A stretch of 64,000 bases of DNA from IMG/VR virus record IMGVR_UViG_3300042275_000805; one strand, 5' to 3'. Shown here one piece after another: positions 37,439-49,200 of this stretch; position 1 is the first letter of the stretch; the number at the start of each line of letters is the position of its first letter. Made by a program: the position numbers and the translations under genes. The notes beneath the pieces are model-generated. The model searched no databases. It saw nothing but the letters and a program-made list of their open reading frames with translations, and was not told the DNA's origin. This DNA is from an uncultured virus (IMG/VR IMGVR_UViG_3300042275_000805). Taxonomy: Duplodnaviria; Heunggongvirae; Uroviricota; Caudoviricetes.

Positions 37439-38557
37439 TTAAATCTGACGAGTCTTCAACACGTAGTATCCCGGCCTCGGCTTTCGGATGAATGACACCA
37501 TTCCTCGGTTGGTCAGTCCAGTCAATTCACGTTTGGCCTGTTTGTCGCCAATGGCAAATTGATCCTCCACCATTTTGCGGGTCAATTGCATTCCGTTGCG
37601 AAGTTGATCCAGAATCCAGAGTTGGCGTTCGGTCAATGGTGAATGTGCGTCACCCATCGAAGTGCATTGGGTTGATGTAGTGTTTGATGACAGGACTGGT
37701 GCATGTGATACTGGTTCTGCGGGGCCTGTTTTTTCATCATACCGCTCAATCCTCAGCCAATCGGCCAGGTGGTAGCCTTTACCTTTGTTGGCGATGACGT
37801 CGTTTCGACTGACGGTTAAGCGTGATTCTTCAAGTAAGATTTGGGCGATGCGTGTTCGCAAGGTGTGGACGCATGAATTGATTGCACCGTCTGAGAGTTG
37901 ACCTGATGGATCAATGGCCTTGGCCAATCTGGGAGCACTGAGGCGGGGGCGTTTGCCATTGTTTTGTGGTTTGCTCAGAGCGTGGAGGATGAGCCAACCA
38001 TTTCCGGGGGCGGGGTGTTGGGATTCGAGAATGGTTTCACCGGCCAGTTCGATGTGATTGGGAAAGAACGCCAGCACACCACCTTCAAATGGTTTGGGCG
38101 GATCGCCAAGGCAGGTGCCTTTGGGTAGTGATATGCGGTGCATGTTCAGTACGTTGCGAATGGCTTGTGGCAGACTTTTGCCGGTGGTGCCGTCACCGAA
38201 GGGTTTGGAGATAAAATCCATCGCGCCGTTGCCCATGAGATCCATCACCATATTCAGACCTTTTTCGTGATGACCTGTCATGACGATGACGGGTGTGATG
38301 CCACGCCCGTTGATTTGCTGAATCTGTTCGATGAGCAGTTTGCCATACTCGATGTTGGCAAAGCCACGTCCGGTACGAGCGGGGATTTCCAGATCGGCAA
38401 GCACGTACTGGTAAGTGTTTTGCTCGATCAAGTCGCGAGCCTGCTGCTGGCTTTGTGCCCAGTCGTGTTCGTGGCCAAGTAGTTGCAGCACATCCATGAT
38501 CTGTTCCTGGATTTGAAGATCATCTTCAACAACCAGTGCTTTAACTTTCGACTTCAT
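37439..38557 (-). CDS. Response regulator: REC + OmpR-like wHTH + second C-terminal wHTH
   Basis: LVVEDD, LADLEIP (phospho-Asp), MTG, FISKPF; NKGKGYHL wing; LTERQLWILDQL...AKRELTGL. Confidence 0.88.
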   Translation of the reverse strand: MKSKVKALVVEDDLQIQEQIMDVLQLLGHEHDWAQSQQQARDLIEQNTYQYVLADLEIPARTGRGFANIEYGKLLIEQIQQINGRGITPVIVMTGHHEKGLNMVMDLMGNGAMDFISKPFGDGTTGKSLPQAIRNVLNMHRISLPKGTCLGDPPKPFEGGVLAFFPNHIELAGETILESQHPAPGNGWLILHALSKPQNNGKRPRLSAPRLAKAIDPSGQLSDGAINSCVHTLRTRIAQILLEESRLTVSRNDVIANKGKGYHLADWLRIERYDEKTGPAEPVSHAPVLSSNTTSTQCTSMGDAHSPLTERQLWILDQLRNGMQLTRKMVEDQFAIGDKQAKRELTGLTNRGMVSFIRKPRPGYYVLKTRQI

Positions 38558-39702
38558 GGGGTTGTCTCCGGTGTTGGTGATTGCTTGCGTTTGAATGTGA
38601 TCAAGGCGGTGGTGCCAGCATCCTCACTACTGGCAAAGGCCAACGTGCCAGCATGGGCTTCGATATAGCGACGGGCGATGGGCACCCCAAACCCCGTGCT
38701 TTTGCGCTTGGCTTTGTTGCGACGTCGCGGCATGCCTGAATCCAGAATAGTGAGATGTTCGGAGGCCATGCCCATGCCGTTGTCATGGATGCTTATCTGT
38801 ACTTCATCATTACGTTGGTCGGCAGTGACCAGGATTTCGCCGGAACGTAAATGCTCGTGTTGTTCCATGAAAGATTCATAGGCGTTCTTGACGAGATTGG
38901 CGACAGCCAGAATGATCAGGTGCTTGGACATGCGCAGACGCAAGCCGTCGGGAACGTCCTGTCGTAAGGTGATGTTGCGTGGATCGTAGCCCAGTTCCTC
39001 GATGTTCTTGGCAGCCATCTCGCACGCAGCAGTCAGCACTTCGCCTACATCCTCAGCCTGCTGTTGTGGCGGTATTGGTTCGGTGTAGCGTTCCATGTCA
39101 CTGACACATCGCTCAATGAATGCCAAACTTTCCAGCACACGGGATGTCTTGCGTCGGGCAGCGTCGATATCAACGCTGCCATCCAAGGCGTTGTTTAATC
39201 CACGTGCAGCGGGTTGCAGATGTGTCAGAACACTACGCAGATCGTGGGCCATCGAACCAGCCAACTGGTTGAATCGCATTTCGCTGATGGCCTTGACATC
39301 ATCAATGGCATCGGGACCATACTTGTTTCGTAATCGTGTTAACCGACTGGCCAACTGCCGATCCACCGTTTCACGCTTGCGATCAAGCCGATGCGTTTGC
39401 CTGCGTTTGGTATCGCTTTGTTCAGCAGCACGTTTGACGAAGCCATTGGGGTCATCCGTCAGGTCTGACACAAGTTTGGAATACAGATCGTCATCCACCA
39501 GATACAAACCATTGGCAATGACCTTGCGGACTTCCCATTTGGGATCGTTGGCAAAGTGTTCAAGCAACTGTCGGATTGAGGTGGTGTATTCAACCACCTG
39601 CCCGGTCTGCACAGCATCCATCAAAGATTGAGCCATAGCCAGACGATCGCGCCAGTGGGGTGATTGACTTAATTGTGCAAGTATGTCATCCCAACGATCC
39701 AT
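38554..39702 (-). CDS. Soluble histidine kinase with N-terminal HEAT-like repeats
   Basis: DPKWEVRK and DPNGFVKRAA HEAT-like motifs; H-box AHDLRS, N-box NLVKNA, DNGMG, TGFG; no TM segment. Confidence 0.88.
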   Translation of the reverse strand: MDRWDDILAQLSQSPHWRDRLAMAQSLMDAVQTGQVVEYTTSIRQLLEHFANDPKWEVRKVIANGLYLVDDDLYSKLVSDLTDDPNGFVKRAAEQSDTKRRQTHRLDRKRETVDRQLASRLTRLRNKYGPDAIDDVKAISEMRFNQLAGSMAHDLRSVLTHLQPAARGLNNALDGSVDIDAARRKTSRVLESLAFIERCVSDMERYTEPIPPQQQAEDVGEVLTAACEMAAKNIEELGYDPRNITLRQDVPDGLRLRMSKHLIILAVANLVKNAYESFMEQHEHLRSGEILVTADQRNDEVQISIHDNGMGMASEHLTILDSGMPRRRNKAKRKSTGFGVPIARRYIEAHAGTLAFASSEDAGTTALITFKRKQSPTPETTP

Positions 39703-41588
39703 CAGCGAGCATACCTTTCCCGTCGTTGAGCGAATGCCTCCTCACCACCTTCCAGAAGGTTGATGATTTCGGGTTTGCAGGTGTCTACGTCACCTTGGTT
39801 GAGCAGGCGGGATTGGTTGCCATCAGAGGTCAGAACGAACACATGTGCCGCATCACCCAGCACCGGGATGTTGGGATTGTGCGTGATCAGAATCAACTGG
39901 CGATTGGCTTTGACGCGGTGAATACCCTCGACGACCGTGTCGTAGATGAAGCGATTGTCCAGGTTGTCTTCCGGTTGATCAATGAGCAGTGGGTTTTCAC
40001 TGTCCAGCAACAAGATCGGCAAAATGGTGGTGCATTTCTGTCCGGTGGACAGGGATAGTGAATCCTTCCAATGATCACCATCCTTGAGTTCGATCTTGGG
40101 TAGATCAATCAAATCGACGATCTCAATCTTCAGAAGCAGTTCCGTGTCATTGAGTGCGTTGATGACTTTTTCAGCCTGGTTGCCGTTGAGTGTGGTTTGC
40201 TTCTGAAGCGAGTGGATGTCCAGTTGCTGGACTAGAGAGACCAATTCCGAAGGTGCAACCACCTTGGCAATCCGTTTGGCAACCTGATTGTGATTGATAC
40301 CGGCATGTTTCAGAACATCGGCCAGAAGGCAGATGTATTGTTCTCGGTTTTCATCTTGAGCGATCCGCACACGCACTGGTGATGAAACCGCATCCGTGAT
40401 CTGCTGGGCAATCGATAGACGCAGATTGAACCGTTGATCACGTAATTCCGTCAGTTGATCGATGTGAGTCTGGCGTTCTGATTGAAGCGTTTGTAGCCGA
40501 TCCTTGAGTTCCTTGTGTTGACGCTGCTTGTTGAGCAGATCGTTGCGTTTACGTTCCCACTGTGCGCGTTCGGTTGCCTGTCCCTGAGCTTCTTTGTGTC
40601 GCGTCATCAAGTCGCGGAAGGCCAACTCCTGTTGACTGTGCTTGCCTTGTAATTCCTGAGTTTGTACAGCCAGTTCTGATTGCGAACGATGGAGCAGGGC
40701 GACGGCTTGTTGAAATAGCTTGTCCAACTCGTTGCCTGTTTGATGCATTTGCGTGCGGATGGCCTGAATGATGCTGCCGTTGGGGCCGTTTATCACATCT
40801 TCAGCAAACAGGCTGTCAACACCAGTGGTAAATCGGCCATTGGCATCACATAGCCATTCAGTGTATTCATTGATCTGCTGCTTGGCTTGCCCGATCGCAT
40901 GAGTTTCCCGGTCGCGCAATGCCTTATGCGTCTGGGCTTGGTTCATCTGGTCCGCATTCTCGCCACCGACATGAGCCAGTTTGTCGATCCGATCTTCAAC
41001 GCTCTTGAGCGTGGTCAATTCATCAGCCAGTTTGGCCAGCGTGATCTGGGCAGGCACCATCGTCTTGGCATTGGCCTGTAACTTGGCATGGACTTCAGCA
41101 ATCGCCGTATCCAGACTTGCGATCTCATCAGCCACAAACGCATCGATCAATGCCAACTGGGATTCCGGGCTGTCAGCAATGTTCTCCACCTCGTTCTGGC
41201 TGAACAGATCCGCACTGAAGATACCGCCGGAATTGATGGTGATATCGGTGGGTTGCCCATCTATCGTGAGTACGATGGGATTGCCGGTGGCTGTGCGATC
41301 CACGATGTAGTCTAAGCCGTCCTTGGTTTGGATCGTAAGACGAATACGTCCGTCCCCCAGATTCTGCCGCACCAACGATTCCACACGACGTCGGCAAACT
41401 TGCCCGACATCACCCGGCTGAAACTCGTTGAGCACATAGCGGACGAATTCCAGAATCGTGGTCTTGCCTGTCCCGCGATGGCCGATCAGACAATTCAATC
41501 CATCCACAAACTGGATGTCCAGGCTATCCAGAAACCCTCCCGTCACCGACAAGGATTTGATTAGGTGACAACGTTTTGATTCAAACAT
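39702..41588 (-). CDS. SMC/ABC-type ATPase with long coiled coil (TrlF/Ppl-ATPase-like, no PHP domain)
   Basis: GHRGTGKT, FSQNE Q-loop, LSTGQK signature, LLIDQPEDNLD, ITHNPN, LEGGEEAF. Confidence 0.88.
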   Translation of the reverse strand: MFESKRCHLIKSLSVTGGFLDSLDIQFVDGLNCLIGHRGTGKTTILEFVRYVLNEFQPGDVGQVCRRRVESLVRQNLGDGRIRLTIQTKDGLDYIVDRTATGNPIVLTIDGQPTDITINSGGIFSADLFSQNEVENIADSPESQLALIDAFVADEIASLDTAIAEVHAKLQANAKTMVPAQITLAKLADELTTLKSVEDRIDKLAHVGGENADQMNQAQTHKALRDRETHAIGQAKQQINEYTEWLCDANGRFTTGVDSLFAEDVINGPNGSIIQAIRTQMHQTGNELDKLFQQAVALLHRSQSELAVQTQELQGKHSQQELAFRDLMTRHKEAQGQATERAQWERKRNDLLNKQRQHKELKDRLQTLQSERQTHIDQLTELRDQRFNLRLSIAQQITDAVSSPVRVRIAQDENREQYICLLADVLKHAGINHNQVAKRIAKVVAPSELVSLVQQLDIHSLQKQTTLNGNQAEKVINALNDTELLLKIEIVDLIDLPKIELKDGDHWKDSLSLSTGQKCTTILPILLLDSENPLLIDQPEDNLDNRFIYDTVVEGIHRVKANRQLILITHNPNIPVLGDAAHVFVLTSDGNQSRLLNQGDVDTCKPEIINLLEGGEEAFAQRRERYAR

Positions 41589-42168
41589 ATCAATATGCCT
41601 TTAACAACAGGCGCAAACCAACAGCCTATGAACATCATTGCGATGCTCATTTACATGTTTGGCGAGATCAGTGGGGAATATGAACCCGAAGGTGATTCGG
41701 GAAAGCTTCCGGGGGCGGGGGCTTCCGGGGTTATGTCAAATGTGTGTTTAGATGCTCATACATATGCATCACTTGTCGCTCCTCGGAAATATAAAACAGT
41801 CGATCCATTCATGCGATCCATCCATTTGGCAGTTACTCAGACCACCGTTTAATGGAATACCCATGCATTGTGTTAGGATTAAATTTGGATGTCAAATCGG
41901 GTATAAGCAGGTGAATTTCAGGTTAATTCGAAGGGTAAAAAATGCGAAAAACACTGGACTTTATAGGATAATGCGTATTGGGGGCGTGGCGATTGTTGTT
42001 GGATGTGCCGAATAAAGTCAAAATATTTTTTGATTAGGCTGGTAATTCTGTATATGTTCGGCAATCAATACCAAAAATACCAATGGCCAATTGCAGGAAT
42101 ATTTGATATGGTTCGCGTCTGTTTTGAATTAACCGATTTCATATCACCATTATCAGGAGAGTTATTCC

Positions 42169-42609
42169 ATGGCAAAATCCGATGCCGCATCCGAACTGAT
42201 CCAACTTGTGCAGAAGCTGCAAGACGAACGTACTGGTCATGTCCAGGCCATCGAGGCGATTGACCTGACCTTCAAGCAATTGGGTATTGAGGTCCAAACG
42301 TCTGAACCAACAGTTAAGCCACGTCGCGGTCGTCCAGCAGGTACTGGCAAGAAGGCCAAGGCAGCCAAGGCCACCCCAAGGAAGACCAGTAAACGCACCC
42401 GCAAGACGTTTGCGGTGTCAGGCGATGAGTCCGTCTTGGTATTCGTCAAAGCCAATCCGGATTGCACGACTGCACAGGTCAATGAACACTGGACCAAAGA
42501 AGGCCGTAGCGGCAAAGCCGACAACGCCTTGGGCAAACTGGTCAAGGAAGGCAAGATCACCCGCAAGAACATCAAAGGCCAACGCGGTAGCACGTACAAG
42601 GCCAAGTGA
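42169..42609 (+). CDS. Basic nucleoid-type DNA-binding protein (coiled coil + AT-hook + wHTH)
   Basis: AGGAGAG SD; N-terminal helix, KPRRGRP, Lys/Ala-rich linker, C-terminal winged helix. Confidence 0.75.
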   Translation: MAKSDAASELIQLVQKLQDERTGHVQAIEAIDLTFKQLGIEVQTSEPTVKPRRGRPAGTGKKAKAAKATPRKTSKRTRKTFAVSGDESVLVFVKANPDCTTAQVNEHWTKEGRSGKADNALGKLVKEGKITRKNIKGQRGSTYKAK

Positions 42610-42879
42610 GTAGACTTCTGCCATTAAGTGATCAATGCCAGCCCCACAGCGAAAAAACTGCATCGTGAATGGTTGACGTGTTGGCTAATCCAACATGTGG
42701 CTGCCTGACGGATCTTTCAAAAAGTGTGAGACATTGTGGTTTGGCAAGGTTATTTTTGATTTCGTCGTTCATCATGGCCGGTGATTAAACCAGTATATGA
42801 CAATTGTATAAAACCGTTCTGGGTGACTGGGGTAGCCTGCAAGGTGTTTCGGTTCTTGAGACTGCAACAAAAAAAAGCA

Positions 42880-42907
42880 TTGACAGTATGTTGTTGAAAC
42901 GGATAAT
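42880..42907 (+). promoter_or_regulatory. Candidate sigma70 promoter for the giant gene
   Basis: TTGACA-16 nt-GATAAT preceded by an A tract (UP-like). Confidence 0.5.
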
Positions 42908-43288
42908 GCGAATAGATGTCTAGGGGGCTGACTGATGAGTAGACGTTCTAAAAACTTCCGGGTGTTTGGAGCTTCCGCAGGGGCATTTCAAGTAGGGGGG
43001 GAATCAAGTGTACATTCGTTTGGTAGAAGCAACGGAAAAACGCATGGTCACATGCGTATCAAGTTGACGGATTGATTGTTTTGTTGTGCAACTCTTTACA
43101 CACTGTAGATATGACATTGTGTACTTTGCAGCGATGAGGGGGCTGTCATTACGTAACTCGTGTTGGGGTGGGTTAAGTCTTAAATATTCAACGTGCTTTT
43201 GAGGCACGTTAAGCAAGATGCAGCGATTGTATCTTGTGTGTATGTCTATTGTCCATTTGTCCACAGTCTATTTTCGTAGGGGTCCTTT

Positions 43289-46200
43289 ATGCGATTATCA
43301 CGTCGTGCCTTGGGTTGGTTGAATCTTCGATATCGCTCCGTTATTTCTCATATGCGTGTTGGTGAGCCATGTATGGGGGCATGGTGGAGTGATCAGTGTG
43401 CTAAAGTACAAGCTATTTTGCATCGTCTGAAAAAGAAGACAGTCAAAACGGCACGTCGGCTCTTTGAGCATCACGCCCAGTCATTTAGTCTGGAACAGAT
43501 GGAACCGCGCGTGTTGCTCAATGGTGATCCCAGCTTTCTGGCAGCCGATACCTACGCATGGGGATCGGGATACAGCGGGCAGGTGATGGTGGTTGACCTG
43601 GAAAACGATCAGATGTCCGAAATCATCAGGCAGCCTGTTTACCGGGATACCAATTACCGCTTGCTCAACAATAACGAGGATGGCACATTTGGTGATGTCG
43701 ATCTTTTACCTACCGCAGGTGGATATGGCCAGTTGATCTTTGAAGATCTTAATGACGACGGGTATCTGGACATGATCAGTGTCGGCTCGTCGAATGACCG
43801 CGTGGGCATCAGTTACAACGACCAACTTGGTGGTTTTGATGAGATGAGTTTTTATGCGACAGGTGATGCACCCTATGGTGTTGGTATTGCCGATTTTGAT
43901 AACGACGGCATCAAAGACCTGATGGTCACGCATAGTGAGTGGGTGGAAGGTACGGATTGGTATGGCGGTGTACGTTTCCTTAAGGGGCTAGAAGATGGGA
44001 CGTTTGCTTCATATACAAATGCCTACCCTCTTGATATGTCCAGCAGCTATTACTCGGATGGTGCCTATGTAATCCATGCTGGTGATCTAGATGCCGATGG
44101 TAATGCGGACTTGTTGGTTGCCGACTATTACGGGTATGGCGTCAGTCTGCTCAAAGGAGCCGGTGATGGTACGTTTTCTGAAAATCAAACATTAGGTATT
44201 TACACGGAAAATCCAGATGGATTAAGTAATCAGCGCGTTTTTGAAGATATCAACTTGGATGGTCATCGTGACTTGATGGTTGCACAGTACTATAGCAATC
44301 AGGTTACCTTTGCTTTTGGTCATGGTGATGGGACGTTTAGTGTACAGACTTATTCCTTGACGACTGCGGAATATGGGACGTCTTTTGAAATGATTGGTGC
44401 GTCATTAGGCGATGCCAACAATGATGGTTATCTGGATATTGTCTTTTCGATCTATGATTACAATGACTATTCTCAACATATCATGATTGCTACGGGTAAT
44501 GGCGATGGCACATTCAATCAAGCTAATGAAATCGATCCCGGGTCTTCGATCAGCACCAATTACACGCCAATTCTGGCAGATGTGAACGATGATGGGTGGG
44601 ATGATGTTATCTTTGCAGGATATTACGACCAAGGCAATGTCCATGTAGTCTTGAACGAAGGTGTTTCGATTAATCATGGTGGGCCTTACGCACTAAGCGA
44701 AGGTGAAAGCATCGTGCTACACGGGACTGCCGACGATCCTGCTGTGCTTGATTTGATGGAATGGGATTTTGATTATGACGGGGTCACATTCGATGTGGAT
44801 GCGATTGGAGCGAATCCCACTTTTACCGCCGGGCCCGATGGAACATATGTCATTGCCGTCCGCGCGCCGGATGGGGAAGGTGGCTACAATGTTTTACAGA
44901 CTTTGGTGAACGTCACAGAGTTACCACCGGTTGTTGAAGTCAGTGGGGTTTCGCAGATTGATCAGGGAGTTGAATTTTCTCTGGATATCAATGCCTATGA
45001 TCCAGGTGGTGATTTAATCACTTCATTGACCATTGATTGGGGGGATGGGCAAGTTGAAACTGTTGATCCAACTGTAACCAGTGCACAGCATGTTTATACC
45101 TTTGCAGACAGTTATCAGATCAGTGTGGCTGCGCAAACAGAGGATGGTTTGTCGAGTACAGAGTTATCCTCGCTGATTGTGGAACAGATTGTTGATCCTG
45201 TTGCGATCATGGGAGCTGTTCTTTCGATGGATGAAGGGCAAACCGTGGTTCTCACGTCGGATATTGGGAACAATACGCCCACAGAAACAATTTATAATTG
45301 GATCGTCACACGTGATGGTATGCCGATTGTACCGGCACTGGTAACAGATGAATCAACATTCACTTTTGCTCCTGATGATAATGGTGCTTATGACATTACG
45401 TTGGAAGTATTGATGGATGGGATGGGGGCTCGATATTCGAGTCAGATTCAAGTCGATAACGTTGCGCCTGAACTATCTTCGGTCCAGACAAATGGTGTGA
45501 TTGACGAAGGCTCACAAGCCAATGTGACCGGTTTTGTTGCCGATGCTGGATTGGCAGATGTTCTGACACTGACGATTGACTGGGGGGATGGCGAAGTATT
45601 GGACTACGAACTACCTGTTGGTAGTACTTCATTTGATTTTTCGCATGTATATACAGATGACAATCCCACCGGCACTGCCTCTGATACATATGATGTGACA
45701 GTTTCATTGGCCGATGATGATGGTGGCGTTGCCCTGCCATTGACTGTGACTCAGGATGTGTTGAATGTGGCCCCACTGGTTGACGTTCAAGTGACTTCCC
45801 TGAACCCTGAGGCTGGTTCGCAGGTTGATTTTGTCACGACCATTACGGATCCCGGTGCTGATACGTTTGTCTATTCATGGACGCTTTGGTTTGAAGGCGA
45901 TCAAATCGCGACAGGTGATTCATCTGATTTTTCGTTTGTACCAGATAGCAATGGCGTATATGACATTCATTTGACTGTTACGGATGATGATACTGGTAGT
46001 GTAAATCAAACCTATCAGCTTGATGTGGCGCCTGGTGCTCAGATATATGATTTGCCTTCATCCGTTGCCGAAGGCCAGGTGTTGGACTTGACCGGGGCAT
46101 CCATCGCAGATGATGTTAGTGGCGATTTTGTTTATCGTTGGGAATTGCATTCTCAGAATTCTGGTCAGTTGTTGGCTTCGTCAGATACGACATCGTTTTC

Positions 46201-49200
46201 CTATCAATTTGTCAATGAGGATGATGTCGAATTGACATTTACGGTCACTGATGCTCTGGGGCGTGAAAGTCAGGTCATTAAGCAATGGAACGTGGCCAAT
46301 CTTCCACCCGTTTTGGATTGGAGTAACCTACCGACTTCAGCCTATGAGGGTGACGTCATCACGTTTGATGTTGAGGTGTCTGATCCCGGAATGAATGATT
46401 CGGTGTGGATGGATTGGTGGATCTATTTTTATGATGATACTGTCTATTATGAAGCATATGGGTCAGGATCGACGATCAGCTTTACCCCACCAGAGCAAGG
46501 CAGTTACTACATTGAAATCAATGCGTACGATGATTATGGCGGTTATGTCTATGACAGCAGAACGATTGATGTTTTAAACGTCGCTCCGTCGGTTTCCATC
46601 ATTGGTGTACCTGAGCAGATTGATGAAGGTAATAGTGTGCAACTCACTGCAGAGGTGAGTGACCCCGGTGAGTATGACACGGCTTTTACCTATGATTGGC
46701 AAATTTTCAAAGATGGGCAATTGTACCAGTCCGGGTCTGATAGCGAGATCACCTTTTTGCCAGATGTTGTGGGTACTTATGATATCCAGCTTCAAGTAAC
46801 TGATAAAGATGGTGCCATTGGTTCTGAAACGATCTCAATAACAGCCGATGATGTGGCTCCCACTGCACAAATAGGTTTTACTTCGTCGACTTTGTATGAA
46901 GGCCAAAGTCTTGCATTGACTGGTCAGTCAACAGGTGAAGCGACTGATGGTGCATTAACCCATATCTGGCGTGTCCTCAAGGATGGCCAAGTCTATGTTG
47001 CGGATACAGAACGATCCGCTGGGCAAAACTTCAATGTGAATTTTGATGATGATGGGATCTATATTGTTGAATATACGGTCTTAGATGATGATGGTGGTTC
47101 GGATACTGCTGTGAAAAGCTTGACTGTTTTGAATACTAATCCGACATTAAGTTTGACTGGTGTCAATACGGTTCAGCAGGATTCAGAATATACACTTGTT
47201 CTTGCTTATTCGGATCTGGGAACCGACACCATCACGCAATGGGATATCGACTGGGGCGATGGGACCATCCAAACCGTCGATGGCACACTTGCGTCCATCA
47301 CACACGCCTATGCCGTTGCGGGCGCCTATGCCATTCATGCGACCGCGACCGATGAAGATGGTACGTATGCAGGTCCCGTCAAAAACATCACCGTTAACCC
47401 GCGCGCCTTGATCACAGGCAGTGGGCAGGTATCAGAAGGTAGTGACTACAGTGTGCTGCTTGACGCGAATCCTGTGTTTGATGCTGGTAGCAGCATCGCG
47501 TGGTCCATCGACTGGGGCGATGGTACGGTGACGGAGAATATCACCGATACGACCCAAGCGATCAATCATGTCTATGCGGACAATGCTCAATACACTGTCA
47601 TTGCAACAGCGGTGGTTGACGGTCAAACCTATCAATCCACGCAACATCTGGTCACCGTCTCTGACGTCGCGCCGGTTATCACTGTTGTGGGGTTAAATGA
47701 TGTCAACGCGCTTGAACCTGTCAGCTTGGAATTTTCCGCGACCGATGTTGGTCTGGATACAGTCAGTCAGTGGATTATTGATTGGGGCGACGGCCAGAGC
47801 AGTGTTGTCCAAGGTGATGCAATCAATGAAGCCAGTCATGCTTATTCGCAGGCGGATATCTATCAAGTGACCGTCTCGGCTGTGGATGAAGACGGTGTGC
47901 ATGATGCTGCTGACTATCCCATTCTCGTCCGTGGCGAGGAGTTGCTCGATTTTACCTGTACCGAACCCTGGACATGGCGGCAAGCAGGGGGCACGGTGGA
48001 TTTGACCGGACTCGTCACCGAAGTCCCAGAAGGTTTGCTTATCACCGAAGGCGATTCGTTCGTGGTCGAGGTGATGCAAAATATCACCCTTCCTACCCAT
48101 ACGGATTGGTATGTCTTTGAATTTGATGATCTGGTTTTCGACCAGTCAGACAACTTCATTCGCGACGCATTTGAAGTGGCGATCCTCGATGCAGACGGCC
48201 AAACGCTGGTTGATACGTTCAGCAATGGTACGGATACCTATTTCAATATCACCGAAGGTTTCAATGAGCAGACCGGCGATGGCGTGCTGATGTTCGGCAA
48301 TACCATTGCCATTGACGTTTCACAGATTCCCGATGGCACCGATGCTCAGGTTGTTTTCAGACTGGTGAATAACGACAGCGATATGAACACCTCTGTCGTG
48401 TTGGTTTGTGCCGAATTGCCGGTTGTCACGACAAGTGGCCCAGCGACAGTCAATGAAGGCGACACCTACATCTTGAACGTGGACCTTTCCGGTAGCAATG
48501 CGGATATCGTGACACATCTGAATATTGATTGGAATGACGCCCCCGGAAACATTCAAACGGTCGCTGTGACAGACCTGTCCATGATGATTGATCATGTCTT
48601 TGCAGATGGCTTTGCCCAACACGATATCACCGTCACTGCGTTGGATAGTTTGGGCAGACAGATTCAGTCGGAGCCGTTGGCGGTTACAGTGAGTAATGTC
48701 GACCCGACTTTGGTCATTGAAGGCGCCCAGACCGGTACTGTGGATCAAGCATACGTTCTGAGTCTGCTCAGTTCGGATCCCGGTGCAGATACGATTTCGC
48801 AATGGTCGATTGACTGGGGCGATGGCTCGGATGTCCAGGTGGTGACAGGTAATCCATCATCTGTCGATCATGTGTACACCACTGCTGGCGAGCATATCAT
48901 CACAGCGATGGCAACCGACGAGGATGGCAGCTATGACGCGAATCAAATCACAACCACCATTGATCCGACAGTCGTCATCAACGGTGATGCGATGGTTGAT
49001 GAAGGTGATCTGTACACCTTGAATCTGGCAATCAACGGGATGGAAGCTGATGGCTGGCAGATCAACTGGGGCGACGGTTCGGAACTCCAAACAGTCATCG
49101 GTTCGCTGGATCAGATCACGCACACCTTTGCAGACGGCGATGAGCAGCACACCATCACAGCCACCGCCATCACATCACAGGGGGACTATCAGGCAGCCAG

